DNA from: Camelus dromedarius
Lineage: Eukaryota
DNA: 64,000 bases
Assembly: GCF_036321535.1 (NCBI RefSeq)
Contig: NC_087437.1
Coordinates: 54,748,001-54,812,000 of the forward strand
Direction: 5' to 3'
Shown: positions 13,001-26,075 of the stretch, piece by piece
How the letters are laid out: each line of letters opens with the position of its first letter
Numbering within the stretch: the stretch's first letter is position 1
Notes under the pieces: generated by a model
The model's database searches: none
What the model was told of the DNA's origin: nothing
The model's input: only the letters and a program-made list of their open reading frames with translations
Translations under genes and position numbers: made by a program

Positions 13001-15229
13001 GCAAATAGCTCTGAGTAGTCTGGTAGACTTCCTTGAGCTCCTCCGGAATTTACCTGCTGATACCTGATGGCTTTGAGTTCAAGTGCCCCATACTTAACTT
13101 CCTCTTTCCATGACATCTTTGCTTGACTTCTGTTCATGAGCTCTAGTTGACACCTGCTCACTCTGCCTCTCTCATTGTGACCCAGGTTGCTTGCTTTTAT
13201 GTGTCTGTAGTCTTACCCTCCCAGTTCTCATCTCCTTTTCCATTCATTCCGGCAGGGTGTCTGCCTTTGCTAGTCTGACTCCAGCCCCTCCTTCTCAGAA
13301 AACAGACTGTTTTGTCCATCACTGGTTACTCCAGATATTAAAAATGTCTTTTCTCTTGTTGAACTGAGATTTGCCCCTTATAACTTCCTCACACTGATTT
13401 TCTTCCTACCCTCTGAGAGAGTGATACACATTTAAAAGGACAGTCAGGCCAGGTGAGAGAGATGTGGTAGTGGCCTCAAGGGGGTGGGCAGTAAAGCTCC
13501 TGGAAGAGGTGAGCTTTTCTGAAGAGAGAGTGAAAACAGGGTCATGTGAGCTGGGCACCGACCTTGGGGAAATACCCAGAGTTTGTTGAAAAGAGAAGAA
13601 GGAAAATTTCTGAATTCATTAATGGTTTGTCTTCAAATCAGTCTGTGAAAGTTTGTAGGCCAACTCATTTCTGTTCTTGTGAAGACATTTCAGAGCTCTT
13701 GTTTGTGTTGGGTGAGCAGTGGATTATAGATTATAGTGTATTAATCCACTTACCCATTGTATGTATTGCATGCATCAATAGCAGCTTAGGAATCTACTGA
13801 TGTTTTAATAGAACTGGGCCTGGAATCTGTGTCTTATGACTCTTAACTAGTACCATCATGGTAATTGGTGTGAAATGATAGCATTTTACTGGTAGACATA
13901 GGGAACTCAGGCCCACAGCCACGGGCATAGTCATTCACGAGCTTGCAGAAAGAGGCAGCTGGCCTTGGTTTATATGGTTTGGATGTACCCCACCAGAGAG
14001 GTCACCCCTTCTTCTGCCTGGTAGTGGGGTAAGGAAGGAAGAGGCTGGCTGAAACAGGAGATCCAGGCTATAAAAATTAAGAGTTGAGATGCAGTATTGC
14101 CAGAGCAAAACTAAAACGGTCAGCAAAAGCTTTAGTCCACTCTGAAGGCTTGCCCTTCCTGTGCAGTGAGGATGCAAGGACGTCTTGGTCCATGGAAACA
14201 TACCAATGGAGTGCCTGGGAGGCTTATTTCTTCCTGGCCCTTTGCCGTGTGTCTTTGGGCCTTGGGTGAGCGAGGAGCCCCAGCTGATCTGTAGGGGTGT
14301 TTGTGACCGTGGCAACGGCAGGAGCAGCAGCTTGCTTTGTGCTTATCACCTCCTTCTATGGTCTACACATATAGGTCAGTGTATGTTTAGCGGGACTGCT
14401 GGGTTCTTAGGCGTGTCGCTGGCTCTGGTCAACGTGACTCTCTAGAAGCGAATGTCAAAGTTTTCCTGTTTGCCTTTCGCTCTGAATCATCCTCCGATTG
14501 GGTATTCAGACGAGAAAAGAGAGATATTTTTGGAGTCTAGACCTACTAAAACTTCTTTGAAAGTAGCAGAATAAAGCCGATAGGGAGTATTTCAATGTTT
14601 CATTTAGTAATTTGACTCTTTCTCATGGAATGTCATAGTTTCTCTTGTTTTTGAAGAATCTATTTTAAAAGGTGAAACTTCTCCCTGGGATCAGTACTGG
14701 AGTATGAGTACACACACACTTATTCAACCATATCAACCCAATTACCACTGCTGCCACCACCTTGAAATAATCTAGGACTCATCGCATGTTTTCTGCAGTG
14801 GAAGACTGGCTGATCGCTGGACAGGAAACGTCTTATGGGGACAGTGGTTGTGGTCATTTCTGCTTGTGTGTTGGGATAACCAGTGAGGTTAAGTTTGCTT
14901 TAACTCCTGAGTTCCTTTATAGGGAGTAATTTATGATATTTGCATATTTCAGAGAAGTTTCTTTGCCCAAAGTTAAGTGAAACTTCAGTTGGTTCTTTCT
15001 GAGTCAGTGGGAGTTTGTATCTCATTTTGTCTCCCCCGTCATGAATCTTCATCATTCCTTCAAAACTGAAATATATTTAGTTTTTCCTATGTCTAAAAAG
15101 TAATTTATGATTTTTTTCTAGTGCTGTAAGTAAATCAAATGGTATGGATTACATAGTTTCAAACATGTTTCTCTATCAAGGAAAATTTATGATATGTGCA
15201 TATGTAACTCCACCTCCAGTATATTTTCC

Positions 15230-15830
15230 ATATCAAGTTGGAGCATTCTTCTCCCTGCTTCATTCAAAGTATTATTAACACAGTTTGGAGAATGTGTTGC
15301 AATATTTTGAACTTTGTAACACTGCTTTTTAAAGAGTCATCTCTCACATTAAATTGTACCACCACATTATTAATAAACTATAGTGGTCATTTGTTTATTG
15401 CATCCTTTCTTGTTTGCTATTTCTTTTTTCTTTTTTTTGAATTTATTATCCTGATTTTTTTCTGTTTTTTTTTTTCCTTCCTCCTATAGTAGTACTTTAT
15501 TAAATAATTTTTTAAAGAAAGGCTACATGGGTGATACATGTTCTGAGCCCTTGTGGATCTGAAAATGACTTTTTTTTAGGTGAAAGTTTGGCTGCAAGTA
15601 GAATTCAGGGGTCAAATTTCCTCAGCCTCAATATCAACAAAGATTTCTATATTATCGCTGAGCATCATTTAGTCTTTAGTGTTGCAGATGAGAAGTCTGA
15701 TGCCAGTCTGATTCTTTTTCCAACTTAGAAACTTTTTCTTATTTGGTCTGTAATCTTTATTTGTGGGATTCAGCAATTTTACTACACTGTTTCTCAATGC
15801 AGTTTCCCTCACTCTCACTCTGGTAATTCT
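15230..15830 (-). mobile_element. Highly decayed old L1 fragment; may extend to about 16900
   Basis: T-rich, with gttgcagatgagaagtctgatgccagtctgattctttttcc typical of antisense old L1. Confidence 0.55.
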
Positions 15831-17189
15831 ACTCAGCATTCTGTGAGGTCAAAATAAGGGATGGTGGAAGCACACGACGCAACAAAATGCAAACAACAAA
15901 CCTAGTCCTTTCGAGAAAACTCCTCAGGGTCCCTGCATGGTTCAATCACGCTGCTCATTAAACGAGTCATCGTAATCCTCACTGTCAGCCCAACCTTCTA
16001 GGTGCCAAGATTTCCTTTTGAAGAGAGAGGGGACTTGGTGGGCCAGCTTTGCAGAAAGGTAAACATTTGGAAGCCAGAAGGGGGTTTTCTGGTGTTGAAG
16101 ATCTGGTTTCGTCTAAATTGAGAGGCCCTCCCCCTCAACCATACACACACTTTTTTGGGCGGTTGAAAATATTTTTAAAATTTACTTTAATTTTTTAGTT
16201 TGTGACTGATCTGAATTAACTTTTATTTAGCTAAGGGGAATTTTTTTTGTGGTGTTGAGAGAATGTATTCTAATTTTTCATTTGCCTTTTCTTCCTGATG
16301 GAACTCCTGTTTTATGGTTTTAGATTTTTTCTCCATTCTTCATACCGGTATTCTTTTTCAGTAGTTTTACTGTGTGGAAGAACCCCTATGGCTTTCTTTC
16401 TTTTTTTATTTTTAATTTTTGTGGTGATGGTGTACTCTTGACTTATAAATCCTATATACTTCTGAACTTAGGGAGAAAATGTGCCTCTGGGTGGCTCTGG
16501 ATTTGTTCTGGTAGACCTAGCTAGCTCGCACTCCAAACTTTATCTTTTATCTAGGTCAGGAACATATAGTCCTTTAAATATCAGAGCAGCCATAGAGTAT
16601 GTGCATCTAGTCTTCGCCTGTGTGTGTAACTAGGGGAGGCAGGCCAGGGAACGGTTTCCCTTAGATACACATGCCAAGAGCTGAACAAGTGTCAAGGCTG
16701 TTTATTAGTTATGAAGACCCATTGGCAGGTAGTAAAGCCCCTATTTTACGTGCCCCGCATATAGGCCCAGTGAGGGCAGCAGTAGGCTGTGGCCAGCCCT
16801 TCTGTGGGGTGGTCTCTGCTGAGTTCTCCAGCTTTTTCCTCCCTCATTGTTTCCCCATTCATGCCTTTTGATGACTGTCACCAGGAGTGTCAGGGAATGT
16901 GGCAAAGTACCTTTTATTAGAAAGGATGAACTCATTGTGTGATTTCACTGCTCTTCTGTCTGGCTTTTATTATAGACCCCAAACTTGCTTTTCGAAGAGG
17001 CTCCCCAACCCCTTACCTTTTTTTGCTGTGGCAGCTTGAAGTCAGCTCAGATATTGCTACCCTTTGCTATTTATCTCAGGCTCACCCTGCTGCCCTTGAG
17101 GGCACCACCGCAGAAAAGCCCTCCCTGATTGCATCATCTGGGCCAAGTGAAACCTCAAGGACAGCACAGAATGATGACAAACACTGTTA

Positions 17190-17425
17190 AGTGCTGATCC
17201 AGACTTCCCGAGTTCACACGTGGCTCCGAGTTCACACGTGGCTTTCCCACTCACTAGCTACGAGACCATGCCCATGTTATTTAACCTTTTCATGCCCCTG
17301 TTTGCTTGTCTGTAAAATGAGAATAATTACTATTCTTACCTCTTTGGGTTGCTGTGAGGTTACACAGAGAATATTGTATGTCCCTGACACGGCCTGGGGC
17401 TTAGTACATGTTTGCTGTTGATGCT
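17190..17425 (+). mobile_element. MIR SINE carrying an 18-bp tandem duplication
   Basis: Core ttatttaacctttt catgcccctgtttgcttgtctgtaaaatgagaataat...gggttgctgtgagg. Confidence 0.8.
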
Positions 17426-19487
17426 ACTACGGTTAGACTGTCCTTGGCTGGCTGATCGCTGCTTCGTACCCCACCTCCCCACGTTTCACTAATGATGCCG
17501 TCCCTTGCTCTTACATGTGTGGAGATTTTAAGGCGTTTTTACTAAAGAAATACTTCCACGAACTCTTTCTGCAAAATGAATGATTCAATTAAATAATTTT
17601 TAGATCTCTTATGGCTCTAAAATTCAGTGCCTTGGTAATAAAATATTAGCTCTTTATAATTCTGTAGTTACTTACAAACTGCAGAACACTTTTTGTTACC
17701 AAATTTGATCTTCCCAAATAAGTATAGCACACATTTAACAAATACAAAAAATATGAAGGCTGAAAGCATTGAGGCGACTTGTTTAGATTGCACAAGTGTC
17801 ATGGAAGCAGTGATTTATTTTTAAAGGGATAAAAAAGCAAAACAAAATGCATTTTGGGGACTTTAAGCCTCTTGGCTTAGTATCAATTCCCTTATAAAAG
17901 AGAGAAGGCAGATCATCTTTAAATTCTCAAGAAGCAGCCAAAGTCCTCAACAATATGTGCTCATGGCTAGTGGCCAGGGGCCACCGAGGTAGCTTTCTTT
18001 GTACTTCTTTGGTGGAAACAAGCACATCTTCCATCCCCGCCTCAGGCATGTTCTCTGACGATCCCCTAACGATTGTACCATGTACTTCTTATCCATGCAT
18101 TTGGTAAGGAGGCCCTATTGGGCTCACAAATCCTTTGTAATTTACATAATCCACTCAGTATGGGCACAAAACAACTTGATCTGAAAGAAGGGGTAAAAGT
18201 GGTAATGAAGGATGCCAAAACCAAAAACCTAGGGCATTAATTAACTCATATTTTATTTTTGAAACTCTAATGTTTTAGGGAAGTTTTCTGTGCATTACCG
18301 ATTTGGGTTGATCCACTCAAAAGTCACGTATTTAAAACTGAAAGTATCTTGTTGCAGGCAATACTTAAATGAATCCTTAAGGGGCGAAGCTATTATTATC
18401 ATTATTTTATCATTAACTTCTGTGAGTTTGGCCTGTCCAACACCCCTGCCCTGTACATTTCCAATTCCAAAATCGACACTGAGTTTTTTTCTTCCTTTGT
18501 TTAAATGAAAGACTTTCATATACTTTATCTCACTTGAGCCTTTGAATAACTTACAAAGAGGAAAGGTAGGGATAATTCTCCACCCTGTGCTAGTGAAAGG
18601 ACTGGGGCTCAGAGACGTTAGGTGATGCTCCCAGTTTTCACGGTGTTGAGTGTCCTGGGCGGCGATGGCTCCCTGCGTCACTCTGAGGCAGGCCAGTCCA
18701 TTTCTTTCTCTTTCGTCATCGTTGCTGGATCGTTAACTCTTCCTTTATGTTGTTTTCCAGCGAAGGACACACAACACCAGTTGTCATCTTCCTCTCCGAG
18801 TAGTTTCATTCATCGGTAGCCCATGCTCTTAAGAGTTCTGTTGTAGAATCCTCTATAGCCTTCAGCCTTTTTAAAATTGTCTGTAGCTTTACAGATTGGA
18901 AGAATGTACTTTGACATTAAAATATAGGAAAGCTATTTGTAGATCTTTAAAACGGAGTTATTTCCAACCTTTTTTTTTGTTTGTTTTTATATTTATCTTA
19001 TCAATTAAACTAAGTAATGTTATCAACTTGTGTTACTGTAGAAAAAAGTAAAATTGGTGGCACCTGGAATAAAAAATGTTTCTGTGGCAGTTTTTTTTTT
19101 TTTTTAATGGAGGATGAACTAACATAAGAGAGAGGATTTAAGTTGTAAGAAATACAATTTTACTGTTATTTTTGGAGGTAAAGGGTTTGGTTCATGAGAG
19201 CCTCCCACTCACTTGCACTGCCCACCCCCCCCCCCAAAAAAAAAAAGAGAGAGAGAGACATAGCAGGAGCTCGGACATCCCTTCTTTCCCCATAGTTTGT
19301 TTCATTCCCTTTAGCGCTTAAAGGAGTATGTGCCCGTCCTACAGTCACCTTTTTTTTTCTTCTTTAACTGTAAATGACACATCAAGATGATATGTGATTT
19401 GGAGCAGATCATTCCTAAGAGCCAAATCTCTCAATTTTTCCAGTCTTAGATCTAGTATAATATTTCTATTTCTTTCATCTTTTGGAA

Positions 19488-19895
19488 TTTTTTTAAAACA
19501 TTTTTTATTGATTTATAATCATTTTACAATGTTGTGTCAAATTCCAGTGTTCAGCAGAATTTTTCAGTTATACATGAACATATATATATTGATTGTCACA
19601 TTTTTTTCTCTGTGAGCTACCATAAGATTTTGTGTATATTTCCCTGCGCTATACAGTATAATCTTGTTTATGTATTCTACAATTTTGAAATCCCATCTAT
19701 CCCTTCCCACCCTCCACCCCCTTGGTAACCACAAGTCTGTATTCTATGTCTATGAGTCTATTTCTGTTTTGTATTTATGTTTTTTTTGGTTTGTTTGTTT
19801 CTGTTTTTGTTTTTTAGATTCCACATCTGAACGATCTCATATGGTATTTTTCTTTCTCTTTCTGGCTTACTTCACTTAGAATGAAATTCTCCAGG
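19488..19895 (-). mobile_element. 5'-truncated LINE-1 3' UTR of a relatively young family
   Basis: ttttttattgatttataatcattttacaatgttgtgtcaaattccagtg ... tttctggcttacttcacttagaatga; antisense to sequence homologous with 1-820 and 8361-8694. No clean TSD seen. Confidence 0.92.
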
Positions 19896-22800
19896 AGGAT
19901 TACCCATTTGATAGTACTTTCTAAATTACAAAGTGAAGGATTTACCTTAAAATATGTATATTTTTTATAATATTATTGTAACATCCTTGAGCTTTAATTC
20001 TTTCTATGGAAATTATATATTTAAAGCCATGAATAATTGCATACCTTAAATGGTATAGTTGATGACTGACGTGTCTCAAAAAGAGAATGGCAAACTGTCC
20101 CCTGAACTGAGATGTATGGATTCAAGCCGTAGCTTACTATGGTATGTGCACATAAGAGTCTCAGAACTTCACAGAGTACTTGTCTGGCTCAGACTGAGGT
20201 ATTTCATGAAGAGATGATCAAATAATTACATAAAAAATACAGCAACCAGAAGAGAATTTCACTGTGCACGTCCAGGAGACTTCATCATTTTTATTATCAT
20301 TCTACATCAAGCCATTTTGTAAGTTGGAATGTTGGGTTGTTTTCATTTCCGTTCAGCTCATTGAAAGTCATACAGTGTCACTTCAGTAATTCTCTTCTGA
20401 CCCAGTGGGGATAGAAACTAGTTTGGGACCACGGCAGCTACTACAGAGAAGTATTCCCATAGTTACAGATTCAGTACCTAAGGCTCTCCTCCTTCCCCCA
20501 CCTCCACCATGTTTCTCTCCGTAACCAGGGATTTAAGTCAGTGACCTACCATGAACTTGTCGTTGCAACTCTATTGAAATGGCTCTTGTACCTGTCTGCC
20601 ACCTGCTCTGTTCCCCAGTGACTGTTATTTTTCTGACACTTTCTTCTGCCTTTTTCAGGTAAGGAACACTCTTGAAGATTTCAACCTCCTTGCTTTGTCC
20701 TTTGATTTTCACTAAAAAGAACCTCCTAGTTCCTAGATCTGCGCAGCTATTCCTTCTCTCTCTCAGAACCCCCTTCTTTGCTTCTGCCCCTCATTTTTTA
20801 GGTGCCCACTCTGCTCTCCCTTCTACTTTCTGTCTTCTCTCAGTAGAATTCACAACTCTTACAGCGTCAACTCTGGTATCTGTCTAATGACTAGAACTGG
20901 TTAGGACTCCTGGCGCTGTGTCTTCCTTTGATGAAGATTGTGCCGTTTATCCCTAGAAAATCTTTCCACAGGAAAAGCCTTCACATTCATCACATTCAAC
21001 TTGCGCACACATTTTACTCATCGTCTTCCCCCAGTTAGAGGTACCACCACATCTCCTTGTCTCCCCAGTTCTAAACTCTGTGGTCCTTGTTGATATGTCT
21101 AAATGTATCTGTTACCAACAGCTGATATTTTTTGGTTCAGTGACTCTCAGGTTTGCTCGAGTCTTGTCATTTTCCAGTTTGATGTCCTGGCTCATTCTTT
21201 TTCCATCTCACAATAGATTCATTGCTCTGTGCTGCCCCCCAACTCCCACCCCCTTTTAGCTGCATTTCTCTAAGCAATTAGTCTTCCAAAAATGTTATTT
21301 CCTTCCTATGCTTTTTATTGACAGCCATGTTTCCCTCTCTTGGTTGATTTTCTGAGTACTTCATGACCTACCTCATTCTTTAAAGTACACCTTATCCCCC
21401 ACTGTGCTCTTTCCGTGTTTGCTCTCGTGAGGCTGATGTCCTCATTGTCAGCGTCCCGTGTCTTTCTTGCTGCCTGAAGCATCCTCATCTCTCAGCTGAT
21501 CAGAAATTCTTCCCATTTTTTAAAAGCCTAATCATACCTTTTGACACTGCCGTCTCATCCTGATCTCTCCGTTCTTTGCATCCTGACTCTGATGACTGGG
21601 TGGTGTGGTGTTGTTGCGTGAACCTGAGGCTTAGTGCCAGGAAGCCCTGCTCTATTGATTACCAGTGGTATTACCCATCTTTACATGCAAACTAGGAATG
21701 ATAGCTTAGAAAGTTATTTTGAGGATTAATTAAGATAAAGAGTATAAACTATGTAGTAGTATCTGGTTCATAGTGAAGGCTGCAGTGAGTCAGTTAATGG
21801 ATAAATCAGTCAGTCACGCTTCATTTTCCTTCCACTGAATATGTGCCTTTTTGTGTAATTGAGCATGTGCCTCTAAACTGTACGTTGTAAAGCCAGAATC
21901 AAAACATGACATGGAGGAGACCTGTAGGAGTCACTTAACATCAAAAAGCATAGAGCCTCAGCTTTGAAAGATCATAGTCCAGCTCACCTTTCCTGTGATG
22001 AGGAAATGGGGGCCCAGATTTCTTAAGTCAACTGCTCAACGTGACACAGTACTTAGTGGGAGAGCTGGCTCCAACCCTGACTGGAGGTTTCTGGACTCGC
22101 CGGTTTGAATGCTTTCTATTATTCTCTTGTTTACCCCTTTTTAGAAACTGAATCCAGTCTGAAGGCTGGATTATAGCTCACATTCCTGTATAATCCATAG
22201 GGTTTTTTTTCCCTCATTGAAGAATATTTGGTTGAAATTTGTGGATTGATTGATTCATTCTTTGTCTTGGCAATTAAAGAATTCTCTAGAAACATCTATG
22301 GAGTTTGTGCTGTCCACGGGCTTATCACCCTTTTGCTGCTTTTGCTGCTAATGTAAACATGCAGGGGGTCCAACATGTACGCCACTGTGCGCTAGCTCGG
22401 CATTGTGGGGAAAGGAAACTGGAGAGGAAGTTACATACATCTTGAGCAAATCAAGCTTTTCTATTTTTAGTCCTTGCTACTGTTTGGAAAGTACAGCCCT
22501 GCTCATGGCAGTCTGGCATGCGTTTCCTTAGTGCCATTTCCAAAAAGGAAAAAAATAAATACGGGAATTTTTTGTAGTAAAAATAGTTACTCAGTGAAAT
22601 CACATAAGTTCCTTCTTTTTTCTCTTGATGAAACCTCAAACCCACTAGGCACAGATTCCTCAACCTCAACTATGCATGTCAAAGGCTCATGCAGAGGAGG
22701 AGACTCGAGTCAGCAAAACCCAGTACAGCAAGATGTGCTCTGGTGCCTGAGGGAGACGGCAGAGAAGGCAGGGGAGGGAGAGGGACACTCCGCCATCCGT

Positions 22801-25800
22801 GGCGTCTTGGGCGGCTACCAGATGTCGCTCCCTGGAGAAAGCTGGACTACATAAAGAGACACACTGTTACAGCCCTTGTGTAAACTGTTCCTTCTACCTG
22901 AGTGTCTCTCTCTGCTCTCTTTCTTTCCCTGAGTGCCTTACAGCAACTCCCTGAGTTCAAACAAATGAATTACTTCTCTTTAGTCCTTCACATGACAGTT
23001 TGGGGGTTTTCCTAAGGTGAAGATCTATTGGTTATCATTAGGGGATAATAAGCAACCTTATGAAGGAGAATAAAATTATCTGACCTCTGTTTAGATGGAT
23101 TTCTATAGTACAGCAAGCCTTGACTGGTCAGAGGTGGCAACAGTAGAATGGTTTGGAGTCGACTGCAGGAGTCTAACGAGGCAGACCAGAGCCTGAACTG
23201 GGGCGATGGCCATGGCCATGGCGATGGGGAGCTGGAATCCAGGGTGATGCGGGAAGAGGGGGCGATGGGAAATGGAGGAGTCCAAGGTGCTTTGCAGGAT
23301 CCTGATTTTCTTCAGGAAAGAGAGATTTGCTTCCTGTCCTAGTGTTTGCCAAGCAGAAAGTTCCTCTGAGAAATCAGAACTCCATGGCAAGTGTAGTGTG
23401 AACTTTACTGGAGAAAATGTTGATACCCCTGAGCAGAGATTGGCCTGCATTAATGCGAGGGAACATAACCCGCTGCTGAGCTAAAGAGGTGCTGCTGGGG
23501 TGAGCGGAGTCCATGCTGTAATGCATGCTAATTTGTGGGTGTTGCTGTATTGTTGTCATTGGTTTTTAATTGAATATGTATTAAGCTCCAACAGGGTGCT
23601 GTGAATAATGCCAACTTGTAGCTGATTTATGAGAACACTCAGAAGACTTTATAAACACCAGTAAATGGAAACTCACAGCACCCCTTCGAGGTGGTAAATG
23701 CTGTTGCTGTTTCCACAGATGAGGAGGAGTGAAGGGGATGGTGTTTGCCGGCACCGGGGATGAGAACACAGAACTGTGGAATGAGAGCGAAGTCTTTTCC
23801 CTGTTCCCGGGAACTGGGTCAGAATACATCAGTAAAGAGTTCTCCCTCAATGTGTGCAGAGTTGCAGGACTTTAATTAAATCGCTCCAGGTACTGTTAGC
23901 ACTTGCACTAGCACTTGATAACCAAATTCTAGGCCAGCGGATTTCAAATCGAGTGTGGGAAAGAATTGGAGGGGTTGGGGGCGGGGGGCAAAGGGCTTGT
24001 TAAATGCAGGTTACTAGGCTCACGCCCAGAGGTTCAGATTTGATAAACCTGGAAGAGGTTTTAGAGAATTTTCCCGTTTAATGGGTGTCTGAGCTGCTTC
24101 TGTCCTCAGAGGAGGCTCAACTTCCCTTTACAACCTTAGCCTTTTCCTTCTTGTAGGATCTGTCTTTCGCCACCAAAATCTAGGGTCACTCTGAGACCAG
24201 GACTTTTTAATTTAATATCTTATTAAACTGAGGCCTAATTATTTAGGGCTCTTAGAACTCACCCAGTATAATCTTGCAGTCCTCTTATTTACAGAACACC
24301 CTATGAGCCAACACTCACAGAAGACCTACTGTGTTCTTAGCATTCTGTAGGACACGTGGTTCCCAAGACCTTATCTTACCTGGTTTTCAAAGTATCCCTG
24401 TGGGGTTTGAATTATTATTCCTCTATTTTACAGTGGGCGCTAAGGCTGAGAGGGGATATGACTCGGTGAGATATCTCATTGCTTTCAGTTTTTGTGATTT
24501 AAATCCAGATGCGGCCCAGATTCCACTTTGAACAACAGATGAAGACAGGACTTCTAGAAGTGTTTAAGTGGAGTGTGTCATAAAAGAAAAAGCTCAGGGT
24601 GGAGTAGGGATGAGGACGGCAGGAATGGCAGAAATGACACATGTGGATTTTCATTATTTCTTGGTTATTTGTCCTGGTTCTTTAATATAGACTAGGTATT
24701 GAACTGTTGCTAAGTAAATAGTAGCCATTTGGTTATTGCTCAACTTTGAAAAGCCTATGAAAAGGAAACATTTCTCAGGAAAGCCTGAAAAGAGGCATGA
24801 GCAGAATTCTGGAATAGAGGGAAGCTTTTTAATTGGAAATGAGAACAAGGAGGCTTGAGGTAGCACCATCTTTTGCTTCCTTTGGCTTCTTCACCCTCTA
24901 CCTGGAGAAATGACAGTCTTTTCACAGCAGTCTATTAATTTGTAGTCCCGAGGTCGAAGGTAGAAATGTTTGTTGTCCTGTAGATCTCACATTCATTCCC
25001 CATTATGGTGAAATCAACTTTCTGCTGTGATTCTGTACTTTCTCTTTATCAGTGGTGACCTTTCTGTAAAAATAGGAATTCCTCCTGGGAGTGTCACTAA
25101 TGTCAGTTGTCTGTGCATGGCCTAAAATATGTGTAATTCATGCCATGTGTTTGTTCCCACCTCAACACTAGGTCCCAAGGTATAATTACCCCTGCCCACT
25201 CTCTCCTTTTGTATTGGGGACCTTGTTTATCCTTTGAATATCTGTACCCTGGATACCTGCCAAGCTCCTTCTATGCCTCAGGTTTGCACACCTGCATAAT
25301 CTGACCACAGCTGACCCTCTGAGCCTGACCTTCCTGTTTTTACCTGAAAGAACACTTGTATTTGCCAAGTGTTAGTGCACGTTGTGGTGTTCCTCCTGTA
25401 TCTTCATGCTCGTGTGGTAAATAATTTTTCTCCATCCAAGATCTCAATTCTCATTGCATCCATGTAGTACTCTCTGATTTCTCTATTTTTTTTTTTTTTT
25501 GCTCTAGCGTCTTGTATTTTGTGTACTTACTTGACTTTATTCAGCCCTATAATGTGGTTATTTGTGGACAGACTAACCCCTATAATGCAATTGTAAGTAC
25601 TTGAAGGACAGAGAACCAATGATTTTCCTTTTAAAAAAAATAATTCCTATCCTTTATATCAGTGTACACTGAATATTTGATATGTATTTATGGAAAAGTG
25701 AGTGAAACCTGTGCTAAATGGGGAAGTAGAAGGAGAAAGAGAGGGTTGGAGCTTGGCTTTTAGCTGTAGCTCCAGCCATGACCTACTTCGTGGTAACCTA

Positions 25801-25859
25801 ACAGGCCCCCATAAACTCCCTTTGATGCTTGAAAAGACGACCTTGCCCCTTTTGCATTT

Positions 25860-26075
25860 CCAGCCCAGTGTCATGGAAAGTGCAAGAGTTAGAGCTTTGA
25901 AGCGAGATGTTTGAGTCCCAAATTCTAATGCTTCCCTTTCTACCTGAGCGACGTGGAAGTCTCTTTTTCTCTGACTGTTGGTATCCTCTTTTGTAAAATA
26001 AGAATAATCTCTACTAATGTGTAGCATTGCTGGGAGAATCCAACGAGATCATTTGCACGAAAGTGCTTTTCTAAG
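25860..26075 (+). mobile_element. MIR SINE
   Basis: gagttagagctttgaagcgagatgtttgagtcccaaattcta...tttgtaaaataagaataat...gtgctttt. Confidence 0.7.
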
